Shown: piece after piece, positions 37,401 to 49,500 of the stretch
Position numbering within the stretch: the stretch's first letter is position 1
How the letters are laid out: each line of letters starts with the position of its first letter
Origin: a virus
Length of the DNA stretch: 64,000 bases
Strand: one strand, 5' to 3'
IMG/VR virus record: IMGVR_UViG_3300034102_002265
Location: 12,699 to 76,698 of that record
Position numbers and translations under genes: made by a program
Notes under the pieces: generated by a model
Seen by the model: the letters and a program-made list of their open reading frames with translations, nothing else
The model's database searches: none
What the model was told of the DNA's origin: nothing

Positions 37401-40400
37401 GAAGCAGATTGTAATTCTAGAGAAGCTGTATCAACATTCAATATGGTTGAAGTTGTTGAATAGGATATGGGTATTAGTTGTGTAGGTGAATATGGATTAT
37501 CAGTATAAACTTGTTCAGGTTGATTGTATGGTCCGTACTTATGGTTAGCAGTTGACAATCTAAATTTAATTGATGTTGTTCCTACTGTACCAACGACTGT
37601 TTCTCCAACAGTGAAAGTACCACTTTCCATTTGGACTTCAATAAGCTTTGGAACAACATATTTGTTCATATCAACGTTATCAAAAAACGCATAAACTTTT
37701 GTTTTTGGTTTTAATCTTTTTGCTATGAACTCAATATTTCTAGATCTCATTACATGAACAATTTCTGTAGATACAACAGAAGTTCCCAAGTTGACAGAAT
37801 CTATTCTTTCGCCAACTTTATATTGAATACCTTGTCTAGATTGTTGCGAAGTAGTAAGAGTAGTAACATTTGCAAAGGTCAAAAACTGATCTCTGAAAGT
37901 TTGTTCTTCTCTCCACCAATTACCTGTAGATCCAACGAAAGTAGTTCCTTGGAATATAGTATGCACATTTTGTCTGGCAATTTCTTGTCTACCAGTCCAA
38001 GTAGTTTCCCAAGAACCCCAATCTATTGGAGATAACCCAGTATTAGTATCCGCACCAAGAGCTCTTAGTGTAGCTTCATAATTTCCTTCTTGATCGATTG
38101 TCCTTTTTGATCCTCTAGTTTCAATCCAAGTATCCGTTGATGGATTTAATTCGATAGATCCAATCCAGTTAACAACATTAAATGGGTTGACATTTTCAAC
38201 TCTAGTTGCAAAAGTATTCTTTAAAAATACTTCATCACTATACTTTAAACAAACAACATCGCCAACTTTAACTGTATTTGGATTTCCTAAATCTTTTACA
38301 AACCTTAAATCAGCATCTGGATTTGAAATATTAGATATTCCCGTTACAGATTCTGATCCTAAAAGAAGATCTATTGAAGTGGTGTAATGTTGAGGTCTAA
38401 GTAATCCTTCTATGGTATCAATACTACACTTATGTTGAGAATCACCCAAGGATCCTGAACGTATTGATTTAAAATTATCTACAAGAAAACCACATTTAAA
38501 TCTATCTAACTGAGTTTGTGAATCTCTTAAAGATAGATTCTTAGTATCAGTCTCTAAGAGAGATAGTGAAGTATAGTATTCAATATTTCTTATTCTATCT
38601 TCAAGTCTTGCAATATCTTGCATCCTATAACGTTTGTGTGAGGACAATTTAACGATTACATCCTTAACGTTATAAACATATGGACTCATGGAAATAGTAG
38701 CTACTTCCATAGCATTTTCAATATTATTTGGAGCAATTGGAGTTTGTGATGCTACTCCTTTTGTAACAAAAAATTCTCCATATCGGTTAAGATATAATTT
38801 ATCAATTCTACCAAGATAGTAAGAATATGATAAAAATAGGTCCTTATCTTTAGCAAAATTATATGGACTAGAATTTGTTGCAGGTAAAAACTTTCTTGAA
38901 TCAAATTCAAACGGAGAAAACGGAGTTAAAGTACTATTATATGGGCTAACTCTAGGTCTTAAGTCTACAATATCGCTTGCTCTATAATAAGAAATTCTTG
39001 GCAAGTCTTGTGAGTATCTTTCACGTTCATATGAACTAACAGTTACGAAGTCTCCCGTATCGTTAGGATCTATGTAGTAATAATCATATATTATTTTTAA
39101 CCTCTTTGTTGGCGAAGTTACGCCAGACTTTCTTCTCAAAGAAGAATAGTCAACTATTTCCAAAGTTTGACCATTATCAAAAAGAAAATCAGTCATTATA
39201 TTTCTATCGCCTTCTATTAAAGCGCTTATTCTTGCACTAACATTTGACTCCCCAAATAGGATTTTTTCGCCTTTAATAAAAGCATTTTCATTAATATATA
39301 CAAATTCTAATTGATTTGTTCCGTTAGTTGCAACAAACTTTGCTATTGCATTACTCGATTGTCCATAAATTATCTCACCTTTAATTGCATTCAAAATATT
39401 TGCATTTAAATCAACAACTTCCAATCTTGGTAACTCAGCATCATTAGAATCTGAAGATTCAAAAACACCTGCAACGAAGATTACATCGGGTACATTTAAC
39501 GATATTCTGGAGTCTTGCACTCTTGTGCCATAATATGGACTATATGTTAGTCCATCATTGAGAGTTGTGCTACCTATTCCAGATGAACGAGTACTAGAAT
39601 TCCTGATATCTAAAACTGCACATCTATTAAAAATTTTCTTCCTTGATTTTAATCTTCTTTTTCTTAAAGTGACCGTTAATGTTGCAGAACCATTTTTACT
39701 TAAATTAACTAATGTTAAAGTTCTTCCTGAGGTAATCGTAAATTGACTGGAAGTTAATGTTTCAACAGTACCATCAGAGAACACTAAAGAATAGTCTTCC
39801 TCATCAAATGTCTCTAAAGTGATATTAGTATCACTTTCTAAAGTCGCTGTCAAACCATTAGATGCAACGGTTACAGAATATGATTTTCTATAAACTATTT
39901 CAGCATCAGAAACATCAACGCTTGCAACATTTTGATTTTGCAGTTCGGCGAATAAAAATGATTGTTTGTTATTTAATAATGTAGAAACTCCTTTAAACAA
40001 TCCACTCGTAGTTGTTGTGCTTGCGGGTAATCCTCCACTATTGATGCCAGAAACACTTGTGGTTGCTTCAATAGTTATAGATTTTGCAGAAACACTTACA
40101 GAAGTAACTCTATTGTAAGTAGGTAATATTTCCCCAGACTTAGTATAAACAAAAATGTCTCCAGTGTTAATCCCTACCCCAAAAGTTGAGGATGATGTTG
40201 TTACAGTGCTTATTCCCCCAGAGCCTGCAGAGATGGTAAAAGTAGTTCCTTGTGGTGCAATAGGAACTCCTACAGATATTGCAGTGTCTGCAGTAAAAGA
40301 TGTTGTAGTTCCAACATATCCAACTAGTTGTCTTATATCTCCCAGATCATAATCCCTAACACTAACTATTGTTCTGGAAATATCTTGACCATCAATTTTT

Positions 40401-41965
40401 AATTGTTCACCTACAATAAAATCTCCAGAAGTTTGATATAGTACCAATTGATTGCTATTTGTAACAGATGACGATAAATATCCAGATGCAGAACTATTTT
40501 TACCCTCAACAAACGATGGTTTGGATAGGGTTATGGTAGTATTTAATGTCAAATATGTATAAGTTTGTACATCATAAACCGATGCTTCAAAAGGAGTAGA
40601 AGAATTGGAATATGCAGTATTTTTTAATTTTAAATCATAAATCCTAGCTACTCCTACTGGAATTCCAGAAGGAAGACCTGGTGTTGCAGTTCTTTTTGAA
40701 TATAATGTTACTTGACTAGTTGAACCAAATCCAACAGGAACTGATCCATAAACATTATTAACTTCTACTTGGTTACCTAAACTAAAAGGAACAGTTACGT
40801 CGTTAACAGTTGTTGTAGTTCTGGGTTTTTCCAGATCTGCATTTACTGTTACAAGAGTTTCTACTTCGTATCCTTTGACATATGCTTTTCCTGGAGAAAT
40901 TTGCAATGTCAATAGGTCGTCTGAAGGGGTACTTCCTTGTTTAGTTAATTGACCTAAATTATAAACACCATTATTTCCTATTTTGTCATTTAATGATTCT
41001 TTTGGAACAACTCTGAATGGGGTTACATAATAATCTCCAGACTCATCGGTTGTTCTTCTTGCTAACTCATCTGTTATTAGAGAGGGAATATCTTCTTTTT
41101 TAAGAATTCTCTTAATATTTCCATTTTCAATCCTCAATAACTCAATAAAGTTCTCATCATTAAAATCATTTAAAGATTTTTTTATTAAAGTTGTTACAAT
41201 TCGAAGTCTGTCTGCTCCAGGAGCAGCAAAGTTTGAAAATCCCCTAGCATTATCAAATAAATCAGAATTTTCTTGGGAAGGTACGGCTATATCTTCAAAA
41301 ATAGATAGTCCAATTCTATAGGATGGTAAATTTGAATATTGATCTAATATTACTGTTTGAGGAAAAACGTCTACAAAAAATCCCCTTATGAAATAAACAC
41401 CTGATTCTATTTTTGCTGCAGATCCTGTTGCAGTTGAATTGGATATAATTGTAGTTGCAAATGATGATTCTAGTCTAATAACACCTAATCCATAATCAAT
41501 ATTTTCTAGAACGATTAAATTTTCTCCATCAATAAAAGTACTACGAGTAAAATCAGTTTCACTAGAACTTTGGTACTTTATATACAAAGTAAAGCTATCA
41601 TTTTCAGATTCTTCACTAGTAATATAATTTTCAATCTTAGCAAATACTCCACTCGATTCGCCTTTTATTTGTTTACCAATCAAATATGACAAATAAGTTA
41701 TTACTGGAATACTTAAGTGAGTTGGGTCAATTTGAACACAAGTATATTCTGAATCATATGCAATATTTCCGGGAATTACTACAGATCCTTCTTTGAAAAA
41801 GTGTTTACCAAATTTTTCAACCTGATTCTGTAGAATAGATTGTAGTGTTGTTAGTTCTCTTGCTTGAATTGGAGTTCCTGGCTTAAATAAAACTCTTTGA
41901 TAATTTTTTGTTGGATCAAAATCATCAAAATATGGAGATGTATTTAAATTAGTGTTTTGTGCCAT
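34481..41965 (-). CDS. Large virion structural protein, VrlC/DUF4815-like (2494 aa)
   Basis: TNLNTSPYFDDFD..KNYQRVLFKPG.PIQARELTTLQSILQNQVE, APGADRL, KRYRMQDIARLEDRI.NIEYYTSLSLLE and DPIAQSF. Confidence 0.85.
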   Translation of the reverse strand: MAQNTNLNTSPYFDDFDPTKNYQRVLFKPGTPIQARELTTLQSILQNQVEKFGKHFFKEGSVVIPGNIAYDSEYTCVQIDPTHLSIPVITYLSYLIGKQIKGESSGVFAKIENYITSEESENDSFTLYIKYQSSSETDFTRSTFIDGENLIVLENIDYGLGVIRLESSFATTIISNSTATGSAAKIESGVYFIRGFFVDVFPQTVILDQYSNLPSYRIGLSIFEDIAVPSQENSDLFDNARGFSNFAAPGADRLRIVTTLIKKSLNDFNDENFIELLRIENGNIKRILKKEDIPSLITDELARRTTDESGDYYVTPFRVVPKESLNDKIGNNGVYNLGQLTKQGSTPSDDLLTLQISPGKAYVKGYEVETLVTVNADLEKPRTTTTVNDVTVPFSLGNQVEVNNVYGSVPVGFGSTSQVTLYSKRTATPGLPSGIPVGVARIYDLKLKNTAYSNSSTPFEASVYDVQTYTYLTLNTTITLSKPSFVEGKNSSASGYLSSSVTNSNQLVLYQTSGDFIVGEQLKIDGQDISRTIVSVRDYDLGDIRQLVGYVGTTTSFTADTAISVGVPIAPQGTTFTISAGSGGISTVTTSSSTFGVGINTGDIFVYTKSGEILPTYNRVTSVSVSAKSITIEATTSVSGINSGGLPASTTTTSGLFKGVSTLLNNKQSFLFAELQNQNVASVDVSDAEIVYRKSYSVTVASNGLTATLESDTNITLETFDEEDYSLVFSDGTVETLTSSQFTITSGRTLTLVNLSKNGSATLTVTLRKRRLKSRKKIFNRCAVLDIRNSSTRSSGIGSTTLNDGLTYSPYYGTRVQDSRISLNVPDVIFVAGVFESSDSNDAELPRLEVVDLNANILNAIKGEIIYGQSSNAIAKFVATNGTNQLEFVYINENAFIKGEKILFGESNVSARISALIEGDRNIMTDFLFDNGQTLEIVDYSSLRRKSGVTSPTKRLKIIYDYYYIDPNDTGDFVTVSSYERERYSQDLPRISYYRASDIVDLRPRVSPYNSTLTPFSPFEFDSRKFLPATNSSPYNFAKDKDLFLSYSYYLGRIDKLYLNRYGEFFVTKGVASQTPIAPNNIENAMEVATISMSPYVYNVKDVIVKLSSHKRYRMQDIARLEDRIRNIEYYTSLSLLETDTKNLSLRDSQTQLDRFKCGFLVDNFKSIRSGSLGDSQHKCSIDTIEGLLRPQHYTTSIDLLLGSESVTGISNISNPDADLRFVKDLGNPNTVKVGDVVCLKYSDEVFLKNTFATRVENVNPFNVVNWIGSIELNPSTDTWIETRGSKRTIDQEGNYEATLRALGADTNTGLSPIDWGSWETTWTGRQEIARQNVHTIFQGTTFVGSTGNWWREEQTFRDQFLTFANVTTLTTSQQSRQGIQYKVGERIDSVNLGTSVVSTEIVHVMRSRNIEFIAKRLKPKTKVYAFFDNVDMNKYVVPKLIEVQMESGTFTVGETVVGTVGTTSIKFRLSTANHKYGPYNQPEQVYTDNPYSPTQLIPISYSTTSTILNVDTASLELQSASGFYGHIITNMQLRGETSKAVAKVTDVRLVSDVSGTVIGSLFIPDSRLQSTPSFETGTKTFTLTTSSTNTPIIGATDSIADVKFRSSGTINNTEEVTLRTRNANVERTSRTEERTSTSQETALTAGTTFINRTVVQTRWVDPIAQSFEVPEETGIFITKCDLFFRTKDTNSLPITMQIRTMQTGLPTTTIIPFAEVVLDPSQVNVSEDGRTPTTFTFPSPVYLESGNDYCVVLLSVSNEYTVWISRMGEEDVTTLNLPESQKIVVSQQPLLGSMFKSQNGATWDPSQLEDLKLTLYRAKFVTGSSTVRFYNPKLDIGNNQIVTLRPNPLDCISKSTLIGLGKSLTSTEVTGLTPGSPILQRNNQTFRSNLKSIVGSVGIGSTLVVTSAGAAFTSTFKTYSNVDLVSMTGFGFGAKVNLSVQNGVAIAATVSIGGTGYAYGDSLEVNYSQTDGLGNNLILTIPNNVGIISSFNSLLVDRVQGTLNQNTVDSLYYVGSSGTSLLSNATVNTITDLTDGLHFKVSHNNHGMYSLADKVALSGMQPDQKPETLKALYDSTSTSNISVSSVGIFTSFENVPVSSVNPGYILIDNEVIKYTGVVTSTNSLIGITRNIDDTISGSYDIEFPIFKYELNGVSLRRINKTHNLSDTNLVTYPTDLDYYYVKVGMSSRGIDRTPGNVLGYPALYFNDDKSCGSYDIVPLLGSPKGPKATQNIPFNVIRPNIQTLLPQKTSVSAKVRTFSGSTPDSDLTPFLDQGFVDISLNSNNEFNSPRIISSQVNEETYLSSFPGKKSFTMELTLSTQNEKVSPMIDLDRVNLVTIANRINSKVVDYSTDPRVNSLKDDPTAATYLSNIVILDKAADNLKVFFDAFRHSTNDIRVCYRIFRSDAPSEPQLWQLFPGYDNLDANLQVINSAKNNGRPDKNVTSSTSEDNFNSYEFTAVNLPQFNGFQIKILMSGTNSAFVPKIRDFRVIATI

Positions 41966-41970
41966 TTCTA

Positions 41971-43566
41971 TTAGAACTCCAGTACAATTTTAATGTCTTC
42001 TTTTTGGTTAGCTGATCTTGGAATTGGTTGTCTATTATCCAAATAGATAATATCACCGGACTTTTTATTATATTCAGCAGAAGAAATGCCAGCTACAAAC
42101 TCTTGACCTAACTGATATATTCTATTATTTATTGTGGTACTTACCCCACTAAAATTAGAATTAATTGATAATGTTGGGCCAATGATGGATGAACAATTAA
42201 TTGTTAATCCATATCCAACATCTGGATTGGAAGTGAATGGAATGATTTTAAATCCGGTTTCACTTGAACCTAACCCAGTCGGTTGATAATATTTTAAAAC
42301 ACCAGTTATTGAATCCCAAGAGGATACAAATCCAATTGCAGTAGAACCTAGTCCAACAGTCTGTTTAATTACAGAGTCCACACCATACGTTGTATTAGTT
42401 GTAACTCCAGATAGTTTTAAAGCATTTAGTCCACTAACCAAAGATGCATCTAACAGTTGATTACTACTTCCAACAATAGTTGGATTTTTCAAAATTCCAA
42501 CTCTAGCGAAATCATTTCCCAAAATAATATCTGGGTTACTTTCTAGAGTTTCATATCTAGAGTATAACAATACTCTGTATGCGCCTAATTCTCGATAAAC
42601 ATCGTACCCATGACCACCTTTTGGTGGAATAATAACATTAAAAGAAGATATGGATGTACTTCCTATTCCAGTATTACTCAATTGACGAAGAGGACCATCA
42701 ATTTCAGATCCAGGAGCTCCTGGATAAAACTGAATTGTCCCATAAGTATATCCTTTTCCCCCATCAGTAACAAAAATTTCAGAAACTTTTCCAAAAGAAT
42801 CAATAGTTATTGTAGCTTTTCCACCAGAACCATCTCCCAAAATTGGAACATTTGAAAAAGATGTTGAAATTGGTTGATAATTCGAACCTCTATTATTAAT
42901 CAATATGACTTCGATTTTACCATCAATTGCGTTATTTTTTGTGGATATTGATTCTCCGGTATTTCCCCAATTTTCTGGTACTGGAATAAATTCAATAGAA
43001 TCAAACTTAACGATTTCAGAAGGTTTAATAGTGTACAAATATTTCCAGATATACCCATCACCACTAGCGCCAGCTGCTCTGGGTTCTAGGTCAATAAAAG
43101 TTGGTTGATCAAAAGATGGTCTTCCTTTGGGATTTTCTGGGTCAGTTCCATTTTGTAAACATATATAAACTCGCAAATCTTCATTTATTACATAATAATT
43201 TGCTTCATATAGACTCGTTTGAGAGGTAACAGAAGTTACATTAAAGACATTATAATCATGCCTGTACATTTCATAAGTATTTCCCGCAACCCAAGTGACT
43301 TTTCTAACAAGTCTTCTTACATCTTGACTTGCAATTTGTTTCAAAGATATAATGCTTTCCTTAACCTGAAACTCTTCCTTAAATCCATCTAAAGGAGATG
43401 GAGTATTTGAAACCCAAGTTGGAGATCCCCCAGCAGCTGGATTATTACTATTAGGAAGTCCTATAAAAGTATAATATTTGTTTGAAGTATCACCTACTCC
43501 AGAAACACTTTTTACAAAGTTATCTGCATTTAAGATTCTAAATTGATCTGATATTATAGCGGGCAT
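41971..43566 (-). CDS. gp8: Baseplate wedge subunit gp8
   Basis: MPAIISDQFRILNA, W..GNTYEMYRHDY, YYVINEDLRVYICL.NG, DGYIWKYLYTI and SGDIIYLDNR.PI.RS.NQKEDIKIVLEF. Confidence 0.9.
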   Translation of the reverse strand: MPAIISDQFRILNADNFVKSVSGVGDTSNKYYTFIGLPNSNNPAAGGSPTWVSNTPSPLDGFKEEFQVKESIISLKQIASQDVRRLVRKVTWVAGNTYEMYRHDYNVFNVTSVTSQTSLYEANYYVINEDLRVYICLQNGTDPENPKGRPSFDQPTFIDLEPRAAGASGDGYIWKYLYTIKPSEIVKFDSIEFIPVPENWGNTGESISTKNNAIDGKIEVILINNRGSNYQPISTSFSNVPILGDGSGGKATITIDSFGKVSEIFVTDGGKGYTYGTIQFYPGAPGSEIDGPLRQLSNTGIGSTSISSFNVIIPPKGGHGYDVYRELGAYRVLLYSRYETLESNPDIILGNDFARVGILKNPTIVGSSNQLLDASLVSGLNALKLSGVTTNTTYGVDSVIKQTVGLGSTAIGFVSSWDSITGVLKYYQPTGLGSSETGFKIIPFTSNPDVGYGLTINCSSIIGPTLSINSNFSGVSTTINNRIYQLGQEFVAGISSAEYNKKSGDIIYLDNRQPIPRSANQKEDIKIVLEF

Positions 43567-43599
43567 TTTAGAACATACTTTTTTTTATTTAGTTGCATT

Positions 43600-46500
43600 T
43601 TACTTACTTATTACACTTCTGGTCCTTATAATTTTTGGAGAAGAAGAAATTCCAGAAATCCCATTATCATTAAAAACTTCAAAAGTCTTTGGATTGCCTA
43701 AGATTCTATTTTGGTAATCATAAATTTTAGCCCAACTATATTTTCCATAATAATTATTTGTTCCAACTCCAGTATTATTTAAACCTCTTGTATAAACTTT
43801 GACATAATTATCAACCATAGGAGCAAAATTACAAGTAACGGTAACAATACCAACTGATGGTGTGGTTACGTCTTCTACAATATAAATTCCATCTATAAAA
43901 GATTTTGCTATACCAATTTTAGAATTCGGATAGTTACTCATACCACCAAGAAGTGTAGTAATTCCTACTAAGTCTCCACCAGTTTCAACATTACTATCGG
44001 TAATGACAAAATAATCACCTTTAGATAATTGACTATTGAGAACTCCAAAAATATTGAGAGATGAATACCCAATACCTAAAGTACTATTATCATATTGTTC
44101 GGATTTTAGTGTAAAAGAAATTTTTGGAGACGTTGTTCCAATTCCGGGAGTTCCGGAAATATATGTTGTGACCCCAATAATAACTCCGTGATCACCAGTA
44201 ACTTTGAATGATTTAATTAATTCAGTATTATAACTATCTGGTTCTATTATTACTGGTGGGGGATTATTTAAATCATAACCAAATCCACCATTAATAATCT
44301 GTATTGAAGTAACAACTCCAGAAGTTACACTGGAAATCGCCTCAGCCCTGTTATAAATGGGTTCTGCATATATCGCAGTAGCTCCAGATCCTATGGCAAC
44401 ATATCTTCCATCTGAACCAAGATTATCAACAAATACTAAACTATTGATAAAATTCGATTGTGATGTTGATCGATAAATCCAATTGCTCAAATCAAATGAA
44501 TAGTATAAATCACCCAAAGCTGTAATAATTACATAGAAACCATAGTTATAATAAATGTTTGTTATGTTTACAATTCCAAGATTATTTGAAACGATTTCAT
44601 AAGAAGTTCGATCTATTGATCTAATGACTACACCATAATCCCCAACAGCAACATATTTCCCATCAACATAAATTACCTTATTTAAATTAGTAATTACTGG
44701 AGAACTTACAAATTCCCAAATATTACCATCATTCGAAGTTCTAATTACTCCATCATCACCAACAGAAACAAAATATTCAGCTCCAAAAGCCACACTATTC
44801 AAATCAGATAAAGTTTCAGAATATCTACTGACAAATGAATCAGTACCTACTCCTGTTCCTACAAATATTGATCCAGCTGCACCTACTGTAACCCAAGTAT
44901 TTGTAATACTAGAATATGCAATTTCATTAAATGTTCCGGTATATCCACTACTTACTCTATTGACCGCTCCAAAACCAGGAATTGAAACATCTTCTTGTAA
45001 CGGAATCTGTGTCCATGGAGATATTACATTTCCATAATCTGTGGCTTTTATTATTTGTCCAAGATTTCCTACGGAAAGTAAGAAATTACTTGTTCCAACC
45101 CCAACTACTTCAAGTGAATTGAAATTAGAAGACTGACCAAATCCAACTGTAGAAACTTGCCAATTTATTCCATCAAAACTTGTAGAATATACTGAGTTGT
45201 TCCCGACAGAAATAAATTTATTTTTATACTTAATAGATTTCAAATCATATGAAGTTGATAATCCAATAGAACCACTCCAATTAAAAATAGGATCTTTTCT
45301 AATAATTAAAGACTCGGAAACAATTACTTTAGGTGATTGTGTATTAGCATATCCTACCCCTCCATCATTAATAGTAATTGATGAAATTGTAGATGATGTT
45401 GATACTACACATTGACCTAGAGATTCCTGAATGGATCTATTTTCTAATACTAATACATCTCTTATATCTTCAGGGAGAGAGTCTAAATCTGAGAATAGTG
45501 GATATGCATTGTCAACATATATTACAGTGTCTGTAGGTTCGATTTTCTTAATGATAGTTGCAGATGGTTTAACACTACTCTGTAGATTTGGTCTAGATTT
45601 AGAATATAAAGAACCATTGATAACAGTATCATTAAGTTGTTTTTTCCAAGTAAGAGGTCTAATTTTTGTTGGGTCTGTAATAATACCAACAGAATAATAA
45701 TTAAAAGTTTCAAATTGATCAGCAGCTGTAATTTTTTTAACAACTCTATCAAATTGAGAGATATCAAATAAATCTTCAGGATTCTCCTGTATTATTATAC
45801 TATCTCCCGGTTTAATTGTTTTAGGTGGATCAATTAACTCAACATCAATTGAAGAACCTCTATAATATAGAATAACACACTTGGATCCTGCTTTTGGTGG
45901 TTCAGTAAATATTACTCTACTTCCAGAAAACTTATATGATACATTAGGAACTTGTAAAATATCATTTACGTATATAAAAATGTTATTAGTTATATCCAAA
46001 TCAGTTCCATCGGGAACCCTCAATCCTAAAACTTGTTTTACGCCATTTAAAGTAGTTGTAAGTGTAAATTTCTTTGTAAATCCATTGAAGAATTCTGAGA
46101 TATCATCAAATTGTACAAATTGTCCAGGATAGAATCCATAGAAACTATCAGTCTCCACCTCTTCAACTGTTAGTACAAGGGGTTGGAAACTTAGTGATGG
46201 ATCAGTTACTATTCCGATAGGGGTAAGTTTATCCCCAACTTTATATCCAATTCCGGATTCATCAAACTTGTATGTTATTACACTTGATCCCATACCAACT
46301 TCAACTGTAAGTTTTGCTTTTTGGCCAACTCCAGAAGTTCCACCAGTATAACCTAAACTTAGATTACTATATCCTGTTGGGATTCCAATTGCAACTTCTG
46401 GTCTTGAAGTAGTTGTATATCCAGATCCAGCATTAATAATAGTAAACCCAGAAATTGTACCTGCAGCACTTACTGTAGCCACAACACTTGCACCAAATCC

Positions 46501-49500
46501 AATGGTGGACGCAATACTAATAACGGGAGGATTTCTATATCCAGATCCAGATCCAGTAACAATTACACTACTAATAGTACCAGCGGTAGAAACTATTACG
46601 GTAGCAGCTGCTCCAATTCTAGGAGCATACCCATAACTAGTCGATATTGATACTTTTGATATTTTTCCAGAATTTGGAGTTCCCGATAAGAATTTAATTA
46701 CGTTTGTTCCAACTCCATCAACTGTATAATCACTTGTTGGATTTTGAAATACGTTGTTAATAGTTACTATAGGATTATTATTAATATTGGTAGAACTATT
46801 CACGTTGTTAAAAATAGTATTCGTAGTTTGTCCATCAGATTTTAAAGTGAATTCTGTTGCTGCAATACCAGTAAAAGATAATGAGATATCATCAAACAGA
46901 ATATTTCTATCTTGTGAGATATTGGGATCAAACTTTCTACTAAAAACTCTACCACCAAATGCGGATCCTGTTTCCAACCCTACTGGTCCAATTTTTCCAT
47001 TTGGAGATTGGTCAAAATATATTACATCTCCAACAATATTAAAATCACCCACTAATACTGTTCCACTAGCGCCTACAGTGTGTGCTAATGCAACTGTCCC
47101 AAAATAACCACGTACAACTTCTATTTGATTCGTAGAGGTTATGCCGATAGTTTTAATGGAAACATATTCACCATCAATATCAATAACATCACCAGTAGAT
47201 AAAGATGAAATTCCCGAAGAAATACTTATTATTGTTGTTGAAGCTGAAGAAACACTAGAAGCAAAAGAAACATTCAGTGATTTTCTAGTTACAGCTTTTT
47301 GTATTATTCCATCTATAGTAATTATTACACTAGAATTTGGTTCTTTATATGAAAGTGAATGTGTTGCTGTGCCTACACCAGTTAAATTTAAAAATACACT
47401 TGTAGATAATCCAGAAAGTTTAAATTCATTGTCATTTAATTTATATACAAAAACTGAAGTTGGTAAAGTTTTTGTACCAAGTTCTAATGGACTAAATGAT
47501 AAATCATCTTTAGATCCTGTTCCACCAATATAAGTTCCTGCTATAGAAATAACTGAATTGGTAGTATAGCCAGACCCACCATTTAAAACTTTTACATATG
47601 TAATCGCACCAGTCGAATCCCTAGAAACATCAAAAGTTGCTCCACTTAAATCTAATGAAGGAACCGACAAATAACTTGTATTTGCTTCGGATTGTATCAC
47701 TGTTGGACCGGTTTTTGAGATAATAAATGTTAGATCATTAGTTGGACTTGTTCCTGCAAAGTACGTTCCGGATATAGAAACCTGTTCCCCAACATTATAT
47801 CCATATCCACCATAAGTAGGAATAATAGAAGTGGATATAGCAACTCCTCCACCATTATAATTAATCAATACATTGAATAAGGCATTTGTTCCAAATCCAG
47901 TGGTATTAAATCCCAAAACTTGAGTATAATTTATAGTCCCAGTTGGACCTGTTGGAACTATTCCAGAAATACTTGTTGTAATTGCAACGTTATATCCATT
48001 TTCTAAAATAGCAGTTCCATCATAATTAAAAATATTCAATAATGTATCAAGATTACCATTAACATAAGAAGTAGTTGCAATTCCAATAGGACTGCCACCA
48101 GAATATGAATACAATAACTCTTGACCAGACTGAAAATTATGATTAGCAATTATAAATTTATCATTAACTATATCAACGTTACTGCCAGGAAATTCATGTT
48201 TGAATAAAGAAGTTCCTTTATTTTTTAATTTAAAAGTACTCAATCCAACTGTAGATCCACCTTTCGCTAAAGATGGATATATTATATTATTTGGAGCTCC
48301 TGTTGTACCAATTCCAATTATAGTGGTTATTATTCCAACATAATTACCAATTGCAGTCCAAACATCGGCACAACAATTTTCACTATAGGTTAAACTACAA
48401 TCAACATCGGGTAGAATTGTAGTATTGGTGTACTGGGATGTAGATATGAAAGCTTTTTGAACTGTGCCGCCACTAGCATAATTGTACGAAATAGTGGATG
48501 GTCCAGGATTTACTCTAAATCTAACCGAATCAATAACTTCTACTTGATAAACAAATTTTTGAGTCGTTAATGGTCCTGTAGTTGATGTTGAATTTGGGAA
48601 AACTGTAGTGGTTATTCCGCTACCAGAATTAAAAAAGAATGATATATTTTTTAAAACAACATAATTCGTAGTTGTTGTTGATAATCCATGAGCACTTGAA
48701 GTAATTATTGTGGTTATCCCAGTTATATTGTTATAAATTGCTGTAGAAATACTGACAGTATTTCCAAGTTGATATGATGTTTTAACTCCCACATTATTAA
48801 TAATGTATTTGGAAAGATCTATAATGTACTTAAACGATTCTATAGTTTCTGTAGATATTCCAGAAACATAAGTAGTACTTAATCCACTCCAATAATTTAA
48901 TCCTTCTTGAACAGATTTATTATTGGACTTATATTTAACATCATTAGATATTGCATCAACAATATTTCCAACACTGTCATAAAATACAGTTTTACTCCAA
49001 CCAACATTTGTAGTAATGCCTGAATATTTAGTAGTAACGAATCCAACTACCTCTTCTTGAATAAATGTTTTGTTGCCATCCAATAAATCAGATGCGTCCG
49101 CAAAACGTCCATCTAGTTGTTGTTCAGATGTTCCATCGAATTGAGCACTAATATCATCTATTTCTACAACTTTGTTTGTTTTATTAATTATATAAGAAGT
49201 TAAATCAATACCTTCATCAAGAAAAACATTCTGAATGGATCCATCAGGCAATAACTCTTCCTCATAAACTCTTGCAAAATTTGTTTTAAGATTTATAGGT
49301 ACTGTCTGGTCAATATTGATAAATGTAAAGGAATCTGTTGCTGATAATCTTGGTTTCATGTCTGAAGATTTAGCAATTCCTAAATTAACTTCATTCAAAG
49401 TTGGTTTAGTTAAAATTTCTAAATCTGAAAATTCTTTAAATCCAGAAGGATGAACAATTGACCTTACAGACTCTCTCCACACATTATAAGGAATATTTCC

